From: an uncultured Bacteroidales bacterium
GTDB taxonomy: Bacteria > Bacteroidota > Bacteroidia > Bacteroidales > Muribaculaceae
Direction: 5' to 3'
Assembly: GCA_902776955.1 (NCBI GenBank)
Contig: CACYSG010000003.1
Coordinates: forward strand, 30,184 to 94,183
DNA length: 64,000 nt
Part shown: positions 50,709 to 61,459 of the stretch, in pieces
How positions within the stretch are numbered: position 1 is the stretch's first letter
Layout: every line of letters starts with the position of its first letter
Position numbers and translations under genes: made by a program
The notes under the pieces: model-generated
What the model was told of the DNA's origin: nothing
The model's input: only the letters and a program-made list of their open reading frames with translations
Database searches by the model: none

Positions 50709-53285
50709 ATGATGATGAAGAAAGTATTGGTTTTGTTGGCCTTAATGGCCGTTACGGTAGGCAGCAACGCAGCCACTGTCGAGGAATTGAGAAATCCCGA
50801 CTTGAGCGGGCTGCAAGTGAATAAACAGGAAATGGAGGCCCTGCAGTTCCTCTATGCCTATATGCCGCTTGCCGACGTAACAGATTACACGCTTCAATTC
50901 CATCTCGAGAACGTGCGCGCCACGCTTGAGGCCCGTGATCAGATGCCTTGGGGCAAGAAGGTCCCCGACCTGCTGTTCAACCATTTCGTGCTCCCGTTGC
51001 GCGTCAACAACGAGGCTCTAGACATGTCCCGTCCCGTATTCTTCAGGGAACTCAAGGAGCGCGTCCAGGGCATGAGCATGGAGGAGGCCATACTCGAGGT
51101 CAACCACTGGTGCCATGAGCACGTGACCTACCAGCCGAGCGATGCCCGCACCTTGTCACCCTTGGCCTGCATGAACACCGCCATCGGTCGCTGTGGCGAG
51201 GAATCGACATTTACCGTTGCCGCCTTGCGCTCCATCGGCATTCCCGCTCGACAGGTCTATACGCCCCGCTGGGCCCACACCGATGACAACCATGCATGGG
51301 TCGAAGCGTGGGCCGACGGCAAGTGGCATTTCATGGGCGCCTGCGAGCCCGAGGCCGTATTGGACCTGGGGTGGTTTAACGCACCCGCCTCCAGGGCGCT
51401 GTTGATGCATACACGAGCCTTCGGTGACTACAAGGGTCCCGAGGAGGTGATGCTGCGCACCCGCAATTTCACCGAGATTAACCTCATTGGCAACTATGCC
51501 GCCACCGCATCGACCCAGGTGCAGGTTCTCGATAAGGCCGGCGCCCCCGTCAAAGGGGCAAAAGTGGAATTCCGCATCTATAATTACGGCGAATTCTATC
51601 CCGCAGCCACCAAGTATACCGACAAAAAAGGCCAAACCTCACTCACCGCCGGCAAGGGAGACATGCTCGTCTGGGCCAGCAAGGACGGATGGTATGGCTA
51701 CCGAAAGGTCACCTTCGGGAAGGACAAGAATGTGGAGATCATGCTCACCCGCAGCAATACGCTCAAGAGCGGACCGACCTACGAGACATTTGACATCGTG
51801 CCGCCCGTAGAGCGAGCCGTTATGCCCAAGGTGAGCCCCGAGATGGCCGCGATGAATAAGGCCCGTTTTGCCCGTGAGGACTCTATCCGCAAGGCCTACG
51901 AGGCAACATTTATCAGTATCGAGAAAGCTCAAGAGATTTGTCCCGAAGCTGCCGAATACCTGGTCAAGTCGCGTGGAAACTGGAAAACGATCATAGATTT
52001 CATTAACGGCCATCGCGACAATATGGAACGGGTCCTGGGTGTGCTCCAGGGACTTAACGACAAGGATATGCGCGATGTGACCGGACCCATCCTCGAGGAT
52101 GCTTTCATCGCCCGAAGCAATCAGCTTGCTCAACGAGTGGAGTATGAGATGATTACCTCGCCGTTCAAGGTTGAGTTGCAGGACGCATTCAATCCCGAGG
52201 TTGCAGCCTCATTTAAGTCAGATCCCACAAAGCTTGTCGCCTGGGTAAGAGACAATATCGAGATCCAACCCGAGGAAAACGCTCTACACATTGCCCAAAC
52301 GCCGATGGGCGTTTGGCGTTCCCGTGTCGCCGACGGCCGCGGCAGGGACATCTTCTTTGTCGATTTGGCCCGTTCGCTTGACATAGAATCACGCATGGAC
52401 CCCGTGACCGGCAAAGTACAGTTCCGCACCGACGGTGATTGGCAGGACGTGAATTTTGAGGCTATTGAACAGACCAATGCCCAAACCGGCACCCTGAAAT
52501 TGCGCTACACCCCTACCCCAGCCCTTGACGACCCGAAGTATTACCACCATTTCTCGATTTCCAGGATTCTCGACGACGGCTCAACCCAGTTGTTGAACTA
52601 TGACGAGGGAGATTCGGGCTTGGAGGAAGGCTCATCGTGGAGTAACACGTTCCAGAACGGTACCACACTTGATGCAGGAACCTATATGCTCACCAGCGGT
52701 ACGCGTGCCGCCAGCGGCAAGGTGCTGGTAGCCAACCGTATTTTCACTGTCAAACCCGGCGAAATCACCACCATCAACCTAACCATGCGCCAAAGCGACG
52801 ACATCGTGGCTATTATCGGCAACTTCAACTCCGAGTCCAAGTTCCGACTGCTTGACGGAAATCTGAAACCCGTCAGCAGTGATGAGGTCAGCATCCTTTC
52901 TCAGACAGGTCGCGGCTACTTTGTCGTTGGCTTGCTGGGTGTGGGTCAAGAGCCTACGAACCATGCCATGCGTGACATCTCCAAGATGAGCGACGCCCTT
53001 AACAAGTGGGGCCGTCCGATGATCTTATTGTTTGAGAATGAGGCTGAGGCGTTGAAGTACAGTCAAGAGAATTTCGGTACCCTGCCGCGCAACATCATCT
53101 ACGGTATTGATGCCGATGGCAGTATCCGCCGACAGATTGTCAGTGAGATGAAGTTGCAGAGCGACACGCAACTGCCCATTTTTATCATGGCCGACACGTT
53201 CAACCGCGTGGTGTTCTGCACCCAGGGCTATACCATCGGCTTGGGTGAGCAACTCAACAAGGTCATTTCAAAACTTGATGATTAA
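50709..53285 (+). CDS. Secreted transglutaminase-like domain protein
   Basis: GRCGEES, IPARQVYTPRWAHTDDNHAWVEAW. Confidence 0.88.
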   Translation: MMMKKVLVLLALMAVTVGSNAATVEELRNPDLSGLQVNKQEMEALQFLYAYMPLADVTDYTLQFHLENVRATLEARDQMPWGKKVPDLLFNHFVLPLRVNNEALDMSRPVFFRELKERVQGMSMEEAILEVNHWCHEHVTYQPSDARTLSPLACMNTAIGRCGEESTFTVAALRSIGIPARQVYTPRWAHTDDNHAWVEAWADGKWHFMGACEPEAVLDLGWFNAPASRALLMHTRAFGDYKGPEEVMLRTRNFTEINLIGNYAATASTQVQVLDKAGAPVKGAKVEFRIYNYGEFYPAATKYTDKKGQTSLTAGKGDMLVWASKDGWYGYRKVTFGKDKNVEIMLTRSNTLKSGPTYETFDIVPPVERAVMPKVSPEMAAMNKARFAREDSIRKAYEATFISIEKAQEICPEAAEYLVKSRGNWKTIIDFINGHRDNMERVLGVLQGLNDKDMRDVTGPILEDAFIARSNQLAQRVEYEMITSPFKVELQDAFNPEVAASFKSDPTKLVAWVRDNIEIQPEENALHIAQTPMGVWRSRVADGRGRDIFFVDLARSLDIESRMDPVTGKVQFRTDGDWQDVNFEAIEQTNAQTGTLKLRYTPTPALDDPKYYHHFSISRILDDGSTQLLNYDEGDSGLEEGSSWSNTFQNGTTLDAGTYMLTSGTRAASGKVLVANRIFTVKPGEITTINLTMRQSDDIVAIIGNFNSESKFRLLDGNLKPVSSDEVSILSQTGRGYFVVGLLGVGQEPTNHAMRDISKMSDALNKWGRPMILLFENEAEALKYSQENFGTLPRNIIYGIDADGSIRRQIVSEMKLQSDTQLPIFIMADTFNRVVFCTQGYTIGLGEQLNKVISKLDD

Positions 53286-53311
53286 CGTGAGTTAGTGCTC
53301 AATGATCTAAT

Positions 53312-53343
53312 CTGTAGAGACGCAAAATTTTGCGTCTCTACAG
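53312..53343. repeat. Perfect 32-bp palindrome, family C REP
   Basis: ctgtagagacgcaaaa|ttttgcgtctctacag. Confidence 0.9.
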
Positions 53344-53379
53344 GCTATCAGAGGTTTGACTCATTTATTTAGAAACAGT

Positions 53380-53414
53380 CAGAGCCTGTGGAATATTGAA
53401 AACCACAGGCTCTG
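53380..53414. terminator. Hairpin between convergent genes
   Basis: cagagcctgtgg ... ccacaggctctg, 12-bp stem. Confidence 0.7.
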
Positions 53415-53447
53415 CCATTATATTCTGAATTAACTGTAAATCCGATA

Positions 53448-55481
53448 TCAGTGGGTGATCTTGAGCACCTGCTTTGAATTGTCGATTTCAACCTTACCCA
53501 GACGGCCCAGCACGCTCTGACCCAGCAGCAAGGGTGCCTTCTGGTTGCGGACAACCGATGCGCGGACGTTGTTCAGCGTCAAATCGCCGAATTCCACAGT
53601 CTTGAGGTTAATGACCGTTCCCACCGTCACGTTGCCGTTAGCGTCCATATAACGCTGACTGCCAATGATGTCACTATCGCTCAGGTAGCCATTCTTGACC
53701 ATAAAGGTCGCCTCGACCATCGACAGGGTCACGTCGCTGGCCCCCGTGTCAAAGATGAAATGGAGGGGCAGATCATTGATCTTGCACTTGACCTTGAAGA
53801 CACCGTCTTCCTTGGTAAACGGCACTTCACTCACGGTAAGCATCTTCTCATGATCCTTATTGCCCATAACCGTGGGTTCGTCTTCAGCCTTGTTCTCAAA
53901 TTCACGGATGAGCTCCTTGAATTCATCACACTCACGAATGTTGTCCAAATCAGAGTCCCGGCCGATATGGCCAAATTGCCTGTATCCCAGTTCGAGCGTT
54001 TTTCTCAAGTACTTGAGGGCTTGATCCTTGTTGCCCATGCGCGAGTACAGGCAAGCTGCGTTATAGTAGGCACTGAGATCGGTACTGTCACTAGCGATCA
54101 TGGAGTCAACGGTTGCAATGGCTTTTTCGTTCTCCCCCAGGGCTAAATAGGCATAAGGTATGCACTGGAAATACTCTGGGTTGGCCTCAAGCTCGACCAC
54201 TTTTCTATAATCCGGCTCTGCAAGGTCCTGTCGGCCCTGTTTGCGATAGATCTCTCCACGGGTATAGTAGTACCAGGAAGTCTTGGGATCCAGCACAATA
54301 GCCATTGACAGGTCCTCAAGCGCGCCAACGGTGTCGCCGTCGGCTTTCTTGTAGCATGCACGCTGGTAATAACCGATATCATACTCAGGCACTTCGGCAA
54401 TCACTTTGTCCATCAGGGCTATAGCCTCCTGATGATTACCCATTTCTTCCAGGATCTCGGCTTTGAAAGCCAGGTCATCGAGGTCGGTAGAATCCATATT
54501 GAGGGCCTGATTGATGCTGTTGAGCGCTTGCTTCGTGTTGCCTTTATCATAATAACAATGTGCAATGCGGAAGTAGAGCGCCTCGTTCATGTCCTTGGAA
54601 TTGGCCGTGTTGTAGGCCTCAATCGCCTTGTCATACTGATTCTTGCTCTCGTACATCAGTCCAATGATGGTATGCCACATTCCTTCATTAGGATTCTTCA
54701 CTGCCTGTACCTTGAATTTGGAAATCAGCATAGAGAATGCAGGCTCGTCAAGGGCTGTGGCCAGATGAACCGCATCTTCGTCATAAGAGTCCTTGAGTGC
54801 CGTCACGATGTCGTCGGTCGCTTCATCCCATTTTTTCAGTCCAATATAAGACTCGGCACGGTAAGCATAAACGGGCTGATAACTGCTTTGCAGCTTGGTA
54901 ACATAATCAAACTGCTTGATGGCGTCATCCCAGCGCTGTTGAGCATTGGCGTTACGTCCCACGCCCATATATCCAGCGGTCTCACCAGGATCCAGGCTGA
55001 TCACCTTCTGGTAATCGGCATCCGACAAGTCATATTGCTTTGTCTCGTAATAGATTTGACCGCGTTTCCGATACAGAACCGAATTCTTGGGAAAGTTCTT
55101 GATTGCCGTTGATAGTGTCGAAATGGCTTTGGTGGTGTCTTCAAGAACCAGTTCAACGGCAGCCTTGGCAATGTAGGCCGCGTTGTTATAATCATTGTCT
55201 TTTTTAGGCAGATACTTGATCGCCTGTTCGGCCGCTGTCAACGCGTGACCATAATCCTCATTATCAAAATAAATGAGGGCTGTCATGACGTGGGCATAGC
55301 CGTTTTTAGGGTTCTCCTTCAGTTCCTTGCTCAAGTAGTTGAACGCCTCTTCATAATCGTCGTTTTCAAATGCCTCATAGCCACGTTTGAAATTGTAGCT
55401 GTCAGGGAGCTTCTGTGCAACGGCGTCGATTGAGAACAGCAGGCAGCAAAATGCCAGCAAACAGATTCTGATACTCTTCAT
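53448..55481 (-). CDS. Secreted TPR protein with C-terminal retropepsin-like aspartyl protease
   Basis: Many TPRs; FIFDTGAS and LLGQSVL motifs; start reassigned to MKSIRICLL (signal peptide). Confidence 0.88.
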   Translation of the reverse strand: MKSIRICLLAFCCLLFSIDAVAQKLPDSYNFKRGYEAFENDDYEEAFNYLSKELKENPKNGYAHVMTALIYFDNEDYGHALTAAEQAIKYLPKKDNDYNNAAYIAKAAVELVLEDTTKAISTLSTAIKNFPKNSVLYRKRGQIYYETKQYDLSDADYQKVISLDPGETAGYMGVGRNANAQQRWDDAIKQFDYVTKLQSSYQPVYAYRAESYIGLKKWDEATDDIVTALKDSYDEDAVHLATALDEPAFSMLISKFKVQAVKNPNEGMWHTIIGLMYESKNQYDKAIEAYNTANSKDMNEALYFRIAHCYYDKGNTKQALNSINQALNMDSTDLDDLAFKAEILEEMGNHQEAIALMDKVIAEVPEYDIGYYQRACYKKADGDTVGALEDLSMAIVLDPKTSWYYYTRGEIYRKQGRQDLAEPDYRKVVELEANPEYFQCIPYAYLALGENEKAIATVDSMIASDSTDLSAYYNAACLYSRMGNKDQALKYLRKTLELGYRQFGHIGRDSDLDNIRECDEFKELIREFENKAEDEPTVMGNKDHEKMLTVSEVPFTKEDGVFKVKCKINDLPLHFIFDTGASDVTLSMVEATFMVKNGYLSDSDIIGSQRYMDANGNVTVGTVINLKTVEFGDLTLNNVRASVVRNQKAPLLLGQSVLGRLGKVEIDNSKQVLKITH

Positions 55482-55594
55482 GATAATATATATACTAGGC
55501 GGGGTGAAACGTTTGTAGATCGAGGATATATACCACAAGCTACAGACCTCATGGAAGTGAAGCCTGACGCTTGTGGTTTTTCATGCGGTGGCTC

Positions 55595-55909
55595 TTACAA
55601 CAGGGCGTCAATCTTGGCGGCGAGCATATCGTGGGTGATGGTGCCCACATGCTTCTCGACCATCTTGCCATCCTTGAAGAACAGCAGCGTGGGGATATTG
55701 CGGATGCCATATTCCGCACCCAGGTCGGTGTCTTCATCAACATTGTACTTGCCGATGATTACGCGTCCTTCATAATCGGTAGCAAGACCTTCGATGATAG
55801 GAGCGATGCTGCGGCAGGGACCACACCACGGAGCCCAGAAATCAATTACCACGGGCTTGCCCGATTCCAGTAATTCCTTGTAGTTAGCGTCGTTAATTAC
55901 AGTAGCCAT
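55595..55909 (-). CDS. trxA: Thioredoxin
   Basis: DFWAPWCGPC. Confidence 0.96.
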   Translation of the reverse strand: MATVINDANYKELLESGKPVVIDFWAPWCGPCRSIAPIIEGLATDYEGRVIIGKYNVDEDTDLGAEYGIRNIPTLLFFKDGKMVEKHVGTITHDMLAAKIDALL

Positions 55910-55985
55910 ATTTGTTTGTATTAAGTATAAAGTAGTAAATTATGAATTATGATTAATTTACACAGCAATAATTGTGCCAAAATCT

Positions 55986-58900
55986 CTAAATTCTGGCGTT
56001 GACCTTATATCTGATGCCAGCTTCTTTCATTGTCTCCATCAACTTCTTGTTGACAGCGATGGGTCGCTTGGCTCGCAACATGACATAATTACCGCTTTGA
56101 TGGTCCTTCATGCGGAAGTACAGGTCGCAACGGTTGTCGTCTTGGGCACCCAGATATGGTTTCAGGAAATCCACTTTGTTCAAGTCGTCATCACTTAACG
56201 AGATGACCAGGTTCTTGAGCATTTTGCCCTTCATGTTCTCGAGCAAATCGATAGAGTGGACGTTAAACCGCACATTGTCGTTATATCCTTTCTCGTAGGC
56301 TCCTCTCACGACGATGGCAAATCCGGTAACGCCATATTTCTGGTAATCGACAAATTTATTACCAAAAAGCATGAATTCAAACGAGCCGGTGTAATCCTCA
56401 ATCTTGAGGATGCCAAACTGTCCTTTCTTGCCCATGCGAGTCTGGAAATCAACAACCAGTCCACCCATTGTCAGCTCTTTGTCGATCTGGTCGTCGCGGT
56501 TCTTGACCTCGGCCAACGGCGTGTCGCAACCGTAATTCACCTCGATGTAATAAGGGTCAAGGGGATGGGCCGACAGGTACATTCCCACCAGGTCCCGTTC
56601 GCGATTGAGTCGTTCCAACTGTGACCACGGTTCAGCGTTGGGAATGGGCGGCGTTGCCACCTCGATGGCCCCGAATGCCCCAAACAGCGAGTTCTGCATC
56701 TCTTGCTGGCTTTGCTGATATCGTTGGCCAAAGCGCATAAGTATGTCGCTGAACACCTCGCCACGGTTATTCGTCTCGAAAAAGTCCTCGCGCTTGATTT
56801 CCTTGAAGTCGTCGAATGCACCTGCCGTGGCCATCGACTCGAGCGCCTTGCGGTTGCAGGCACCCTGATTGATGCGCTGGACAAAGTCAAAGATATCCTT
56901 GAAGGGGCCGTTCTTGTCGCGCTCCTCGACGATTGACTCGACGCAGCTCACACCGACGCCCTTGATGCCGGCGAGGCCGAAGCGGATGCGTCCGTCCTTG
57001 GTTGCGCTGAAGTTCTTGTAACTCTCGTTGATGTGCGGCCCCAGCACCTCGATGCCCATGGCACGGCACTCGTCCATGTATTTGGACAGTTTATCCACAT
57101 CATTGAGGTTGCTGCTCAGCACGGCAGCCATGTATTCGCTGGGGTAATTGGCCTTGAGATAGGCGGTCTGATAAGCTACCCAGCTGTAGCATGTGGCATG
57201 TGACTTGTTAAAGGCGTAGGAAGCAAACTTCTTCCAGTCTTCCCAAATCTTGTTGAGCACTTTCTTGTCATGCCCGTTCTTTTCACCTCCCTCATAGAAC
57301 AACGTCTCGAGCTCGTTCATCTTCTCGATCTGCTTCTTACCCATCGCTTTGCGCAGGGTGTCGCTCTGGCCGCGGGTAAAGCCTGCCAGTTGCCTTGACA
57401 GCAGCATGACCTGCTCCTGATAGACCGTGATACCGTAAGTCTCCTTGAGGTATTTTTCCATGCAGGGAATGTCATACTTGATGGCTTCCCTACCCTGCTT
57501 GCGGTTGATGAACTGCGGGATGTAATCCATGGGGCCGGGACGATAGAGGGCGTTCATGGCGATTAAGTCCTCAAAGCAGGTGGGATGCAACTCGATGAGA
57601 TACTTCTGCATGCCCGCCGACTCAAACTGGAACGTACCCGCTGTCATGCCCTTACAATAAAGCTCGTAGGTCTTAGGGTCATCGATGGGGATATTCTCGA
57701 TATCGATGTCCACCCCATGGTTGAGTTTGATGTTGGCTAACGCTTCCTTGATGATGGACAGGTTCTTCAGTCCCAGGAAGTCCATCTTGATCAGGCCGGT
57801 GCTCTCGATGACGCCGCCCTCATACTGCGTGACGATGATTTTCTCGCCATCGCTGTCGGTGGCGGTGCTCACGGGCACCCAGTCGGTAATGTCGTCACGA
57901 CCGATGATTACGCCGCAGGCATGGACACCCGTGCTGCGGATGCTGCCTTCCAGCTTCTCAGCAAAACGGATGGTCTCGGCCACCTTCGGGTCCTCGCTAT
58001 CGAGTTCCTGACGCAGGTCGGGGAAGCATTTCAAGCAGTTCTCCACCGTAATTTTGTATTTCTTGCCCGGTTTTTCCTCGGGCATGTCGTTCGGCGAGGA
58101 GGGGATGAATTTGGCGAGGCGGTTGCTCTCGGCCAGCGGCAGATCTTCGACGCGGGCGACGTCCTTAATGGCGCTCTTGGCGGCCATGGTGCCGTAGGTC
58201 ACGATGTGGGCCACCTTCTCGGCTCCGTATTTCTCGGTGACGTAGTTGAGCACGGCGGCTCGGCCATCGTCGTCAAAGTCGGTGTCAATATCAGGCAGCG
58301 AGATGCGGTCGGGATTCAGGAAACGCTCAAAAAGCAAGTCATACTTCAACGGGTCAATCTTGGTGATGCCCAGGCAATAGGCCACTGCCGATCCTGCCGC
58401 TGAACCGCGGCCGGGGCCGACAGAACATCCCAGTTTGGGAGCCATCTTGATATAGTCCTGCACGATGAGGAAGTAACCCGGGAATCCCATGTTCTTGATG
58501 GTGTCGAGCTCAAATTCCAATCGTTCGCGTTGCTCTTCGGTAATGTTCGGCCAGCGTTCCTTGGCACCCTCATAGACCAGATAGCGCAAGTAGTCGTCCT
58601 CGTTATCAAAGCCATCGGGCAAGGGGAAATCGGGCAAGATGGGCCCATGGTCGATGCTGTAGATTTCGACCTTGTCGAGAATCTCGTTGGTGTTCTGGAG
58701 CGCCTCGGGTACATCGGCAAACACCTCGTTCATCTCGGCTGTGCTCTTGAACCACTCCTGCTTGCTGTAGAGCATGATGTTGTCGTCGGTGAGTTTTTTG
58801 CCGGTAGAGAGGCAGATGAGGCGCTCGTGGGCATCGGCGTCCTCCTCGTTGACGAAGTGTGAGTCATTGGTGCAGATGAGCTTGATGTCCAATTCGCGGG

Positions 58901-59528
58901 CGAACTGTATCAGGACTTTGTTCACCTCCACCTGGCGCTCGTAGGTCTCATGATTGGCGCGAGCGACAGTTGCCTTGTGGCGCTGCAGCTCCAGGTAATA
59001 ATCATCCCCGAAGACGTCCTTGAACCACTTGACCGTCTCGCGAGCCTTGTTGATTTGGCCGCTCATGATGAGTTGAGGCACCTCGCCGCCCAGGCATGCC
59101 GAGCAGCAGATGATGCCCTCATGGTATTTCTCCAGCTCACTGTGATCGGTGCGGGGGTGGTAATACATGCCCTCGGTCCATGCATGGGACACAATCTTGA
59201 TCAGGTTCTTGTAGCCGTGAAGGTTCTTGGCCAGCAGGATAAGGTGGTTGCCATTATCACGCTTGTCGTTGCGGTCAAAGCGCGATTCGTTAGCGACATA
59301 GACCTCGCAGCCAAAGATGGGCGTGAATTTCTCGTCCTCGGCACGTTTCTTGTTGAGTTTGTTCACATAATCGTGAAACTCCTTGATGCCGTACATGTTG
59401 CCATGGTCGGTCAAGGCCATACCGCGCATGCCGTCGGCTATTGCTTTGTCAACCAAGTCCTTGACGGGCGCCATGCCGTCAAGGATGGAGTATTGTGAGT
59501 GTACGTGAAGGTGTACAAAAGGTATCAT
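55986..59528 (-). CDS. dnaE: DNA polymerase III alpha subunit
   Basis: PHP HLHVHSQYS, GRGSAAGS, PDIDTDF, YAFNKSH. Confidence 0.98.
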   Translation of the reverse strand: MIPFVHLHVHSQYSILDGMAPVKDLVDKAIADGMRGMALTDHGNMYGIKEFHDYVNKLNKKRAEDEKFTPIFGCEVYVANESRFDRNDKRDNGNHLILLAKNLHGYKNLIKIVSHAWTEGMYYHPRTDHSELEKYHEGIICCSACLGGEVPQLIMSGQINKARETVKWFKDVFGDDYYLELQRHKATVARANHETYERQVEVNKVLIQFARELDIKLICTNDSHFVNEEDADAHERLICLSTGKKLTDDNIMLYSKQEWFKSTAEMNEVFADVPEALQNTNEILDKVEIYSIDHGPILPDFPLPDGFDNEDDYLRYLVYEGAKERWPNITEEQRERLEFELDTIKNMGFPGYFLIVQDYIKMAPKLGCSVGPGRGSAAGSAVAYCLGITKIDPLKYDLLFERFLNPDRISLPDIDTDFDDDGRAAVLNYVTEKYGAEKVAHIVTYGTMAAKSAIKDVARVEDLPLAESNRLAKFIPSSPNDMPEEKPGKKYKITVENCLKCFPDLRQELDSEDPKVAETIRFAEKLEGSIRSTGVHACGVIIGRDDITDWVPVSTATDSDGEKIIVTQYEGGVIESTGLIKMDFLGLKNLSIIKEALANIKLNHGVDIDIENIPIDDPKTYELYCKGMTAGTFQFESAGMQKYLIELHPTCFEDLIAMNALYRPGPMDYIPQFINRKQGREAIKYDIPCMEKYLKETYGITVYQEQVMLLSRQLAGFTRGQSDTLRKAMGKKQIEKMNELETLFYEGGEKNGHDKKVLNKIWEDWKKFASYAFNKSHATCYSWVAYQTAYLKANYPSEYMAAVLSSNLNDVDKLSKYMDECRAMGIEVLGPHINESYKNFSATKDGRIRFGLAGIKGVGVSCVESIVEERDKNGPFKDIFDFVQRINQGACNRKALESMATAGAFDDFKEIKREDFFETNNRGEVFSDILMRFGQRYQQSQQEMQNSLFGAFGAIEVATPPIPNAEPWSQLERLNRERDLVGMYLSAHPLDPYYIEVNYGCDTPLAEVKNRDDQIDKELTMGGLVVDFQTRMGKKGQFGILKIEDYTGSFEFMLFGNKFVDYQKYGVTGFAIVVRGAYEKGYNDNVRFNVHSIDLLENMKGKMLKNLVISLSDDDLNKVDFLKPYLGAQDDNRCDLYFRMKDHQSGNYVMLRAKRPIAVNKKLMETMKEAGIRYKVNARI

Positions 59529-59652
59529 TCTTATGGTCTGTTGTGAGTTTGGTTCGCAATTATAGTTGAGAGTGTAAAATTACTGCTATTTTTACAATCA
59601 CACAACAAAAAGTTATTAACAACATCGGGATAGATGCACAGATAAAACCCGC

Positions 59653-59874
59653 TAACTATTCAGCCGTTTGACCCCACGCTAAGGCGCAAAGCCGCTAAGC
59701 TTTTATCTTATAATTGTTTGTGGTCATACAAAATGTACTATTGTTATTGCAATGGTTAATGATAGTACGATGACATATCTCATTTATTCAGAATTCTTTT
59801 AATTGAATATCAATATCTTAGCGCCTTAGCGGCTTAGCGTGAGGCGTTACCAAAGGTATTTCGCTGAACAGTTA
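59653..59874. mobile_element. MITE-like element, family B, nested inverted repeats
   Basis: Outer taactattcagc / gctgaacagtta (11/12 match), inner cacgctaag.. (59675-59699) / ..cttagcgtg (59817-59841), AT-rich core. Confidence 0.75.
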
Positions 59875-59947
59875 CAAACTCCGCTATACTTAATTTAGGT
59901 ATAGGGGGTGTAGAAAATGACTCGTTAGAGACAATGAGGATTGCCGG

Positions 59948-60973
59948 CTATAGGGCGTTGATAAGCGCGGTGACATCCTCGGGGCGTGTGGCCCAACTGG
60001 TGACAAAACGGCAGTTCATCGCATCGCTACCGACAGGGAACCACTGCTCGAACACGAAGTCGCGCTCCAGTCGCTTGATAACGTCATGAGGCAGGATGAC
60101 GAATTGCTGGTTGGTGGGTGAATCGCTGTACATCTTGTATCCCTTAGCCACAAATGCGTCACGCAGGCGAATCGCCTGCTCCACAGCATGGCGGGCAATC
60201 TTGAAGTAGAGCCCTCCCTCCATCAACGTGTCGAACTGGACACCCAGCAAGCGGCCCTTGGCCAGGAGAGCACCATGTTGCTTGACGGTGGTAAAGAAGT
60301 GGGCCGGAGCCTTCATACCCGAGAAAACGACAGCCTCGCCGCAAAGGGCACCGCATTTGGTTCCACCCAGATAGAAAACATCACACAGGCGAGCCAATTG
60401 GGGCAAATCGATTTCGCAGCCTTCGGCCATCAGACCGTATCCCAGGCGAGCGCCATCGATGAACAACGGCAGTTCGTACTGATGGCAGACGTCACGAATG
60501 GCCTCGAGTTCTGTCCTGCTGTAGATGGTGCCCGTCTCGGTGGGGAATGTGATATAGACCATTCCCGGGAAGACCATGTGCTCATAGGCCAAGTCGGCAT
60601 AGAACGCCTCGAGCCAACTGCGCAACTCATTGGCATCCATCCTGCCGTCATGGGACGGCAAGGCAAGCACCTTGTGACCGCCGAACTCGATGGCACCCGA
60701 CTCGTGGACGTTGATATGGCCGGTATCTGCCGTCAACACGCCCTGGTAGCCACGCAGCAAGGAATCAATCACTGTGGCATTGGTTTGTGTGCCGCCAACA
60801 AGGAAGAACACGTCGGCATCAGGCATCTCACAGGCCGCACGCACCTTGTCGCGGGCCGCGTTGCAGAAGTCGTCAAGTCCGTAACCTGTTGTTCGCTCAT
60901 CATTGGTGTCCATCAACCGCTTGAGGATGGCCTCATGGCAACCGTTATTGTAGTCGCTCTCGAATGAAATCAT
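59948..60973 (-). CDS. Low-specificity L-threonine aldolase (PLP, beta-eliminating lyase)
   Basis: SFESDY, GGTQTN, HESGAIE, IDGARL, GGTKCG. Confidence 0.88.
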   Translation of the reverse strand: MISFESDYNNGCHEAILKRLMDTNDERTTGYGLDDFCNAARDKVRAACEMPDADVFFLVGGTQTNATVIDSLLRGYQGVLTADTGHINVHESGAIEFGGHKVLALPSHDGRMDANELRSWLEAFYADLAYEHMVFPGMVYITFPTETGTIYSRTELEAIRDVCHQYELPLFIDGARLGYGLMAEGCEIDLPQLARLCDVFYLGGTKCGALCGEAVVFSGMKAPAHFFTTVKQHGALLAKGRLLGVQFDTLMEGGLYFKIARHAVEQAIRLRDAFVAKGYKMYSDSPTNQQFVILPHDVIKRLERDFVFEQWFPVGSDAMNCRFVTSWATRPEDVTALINAL

Positions 60974-61099
60974 ACTTTCTTTATCGTTATATTTCGGGTT
61001 ACACAGTATTCGTCTAAATCAGCGCAAAATTAATGAAAAAAAACGAGATATTAACCAACAGATGTAGCAACTATAAACATCCTGCCGAAAAATCAGAAT

Positions 61100-61144
61100 C
61101 TATTCATCCGTTTGGCCCCACGCTAAGGCGCAAAACCGCTAAGC
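61100..61144 (+). repeat. Solo left end of family B element
   Basis: ctattcatccgtttggccccacgctaaggcgcaaaaccgctaagc, close match to 59656-59700. Confidence 0.75.
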
Positions 61145-61216
61145 AAAGTCCGTCATTAAAGCAGAGAAGTGACGGTAATTACACTTGTGAGATTTTCTGG
61201 TTATGGTGACAGCGGC

Positions 61217-61310
61217 GAGAGCGGTGCATCATTGGGACGGTTCTAACTGATGGCGCCGCTTCGCTTACCGCATCATTAGAACCGTCCCAGCTGATGGCAC
61301 CCGTGCTCTC
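61217..61310. repeat. Long inverted repeat, family D (gggacggttct/agaaccgtccc)
   Basis: catcattgggacggttctaactgatg ... catcattagaaccgtcccagctgatg. Confidence 0.75.
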
Positions 61311-61459
61311 ACTGGTGGAACGTGTCGCTAATTAGTGAAGTCAGCATTGAAAAAAACAATGGGCAAACTTCTATATCGTTCTTTTTTTATCCATCAGGCG
61401 CTCGACTTGCATTTATTTTTTATAATTTTGCCGTTGAATACGTCAATTTCATTTTTATT

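Noticed and set aside
55986-59528. Intein in dnaE
   Set aside because: Length is normal (1180 aa) and no splicing motifs were seen
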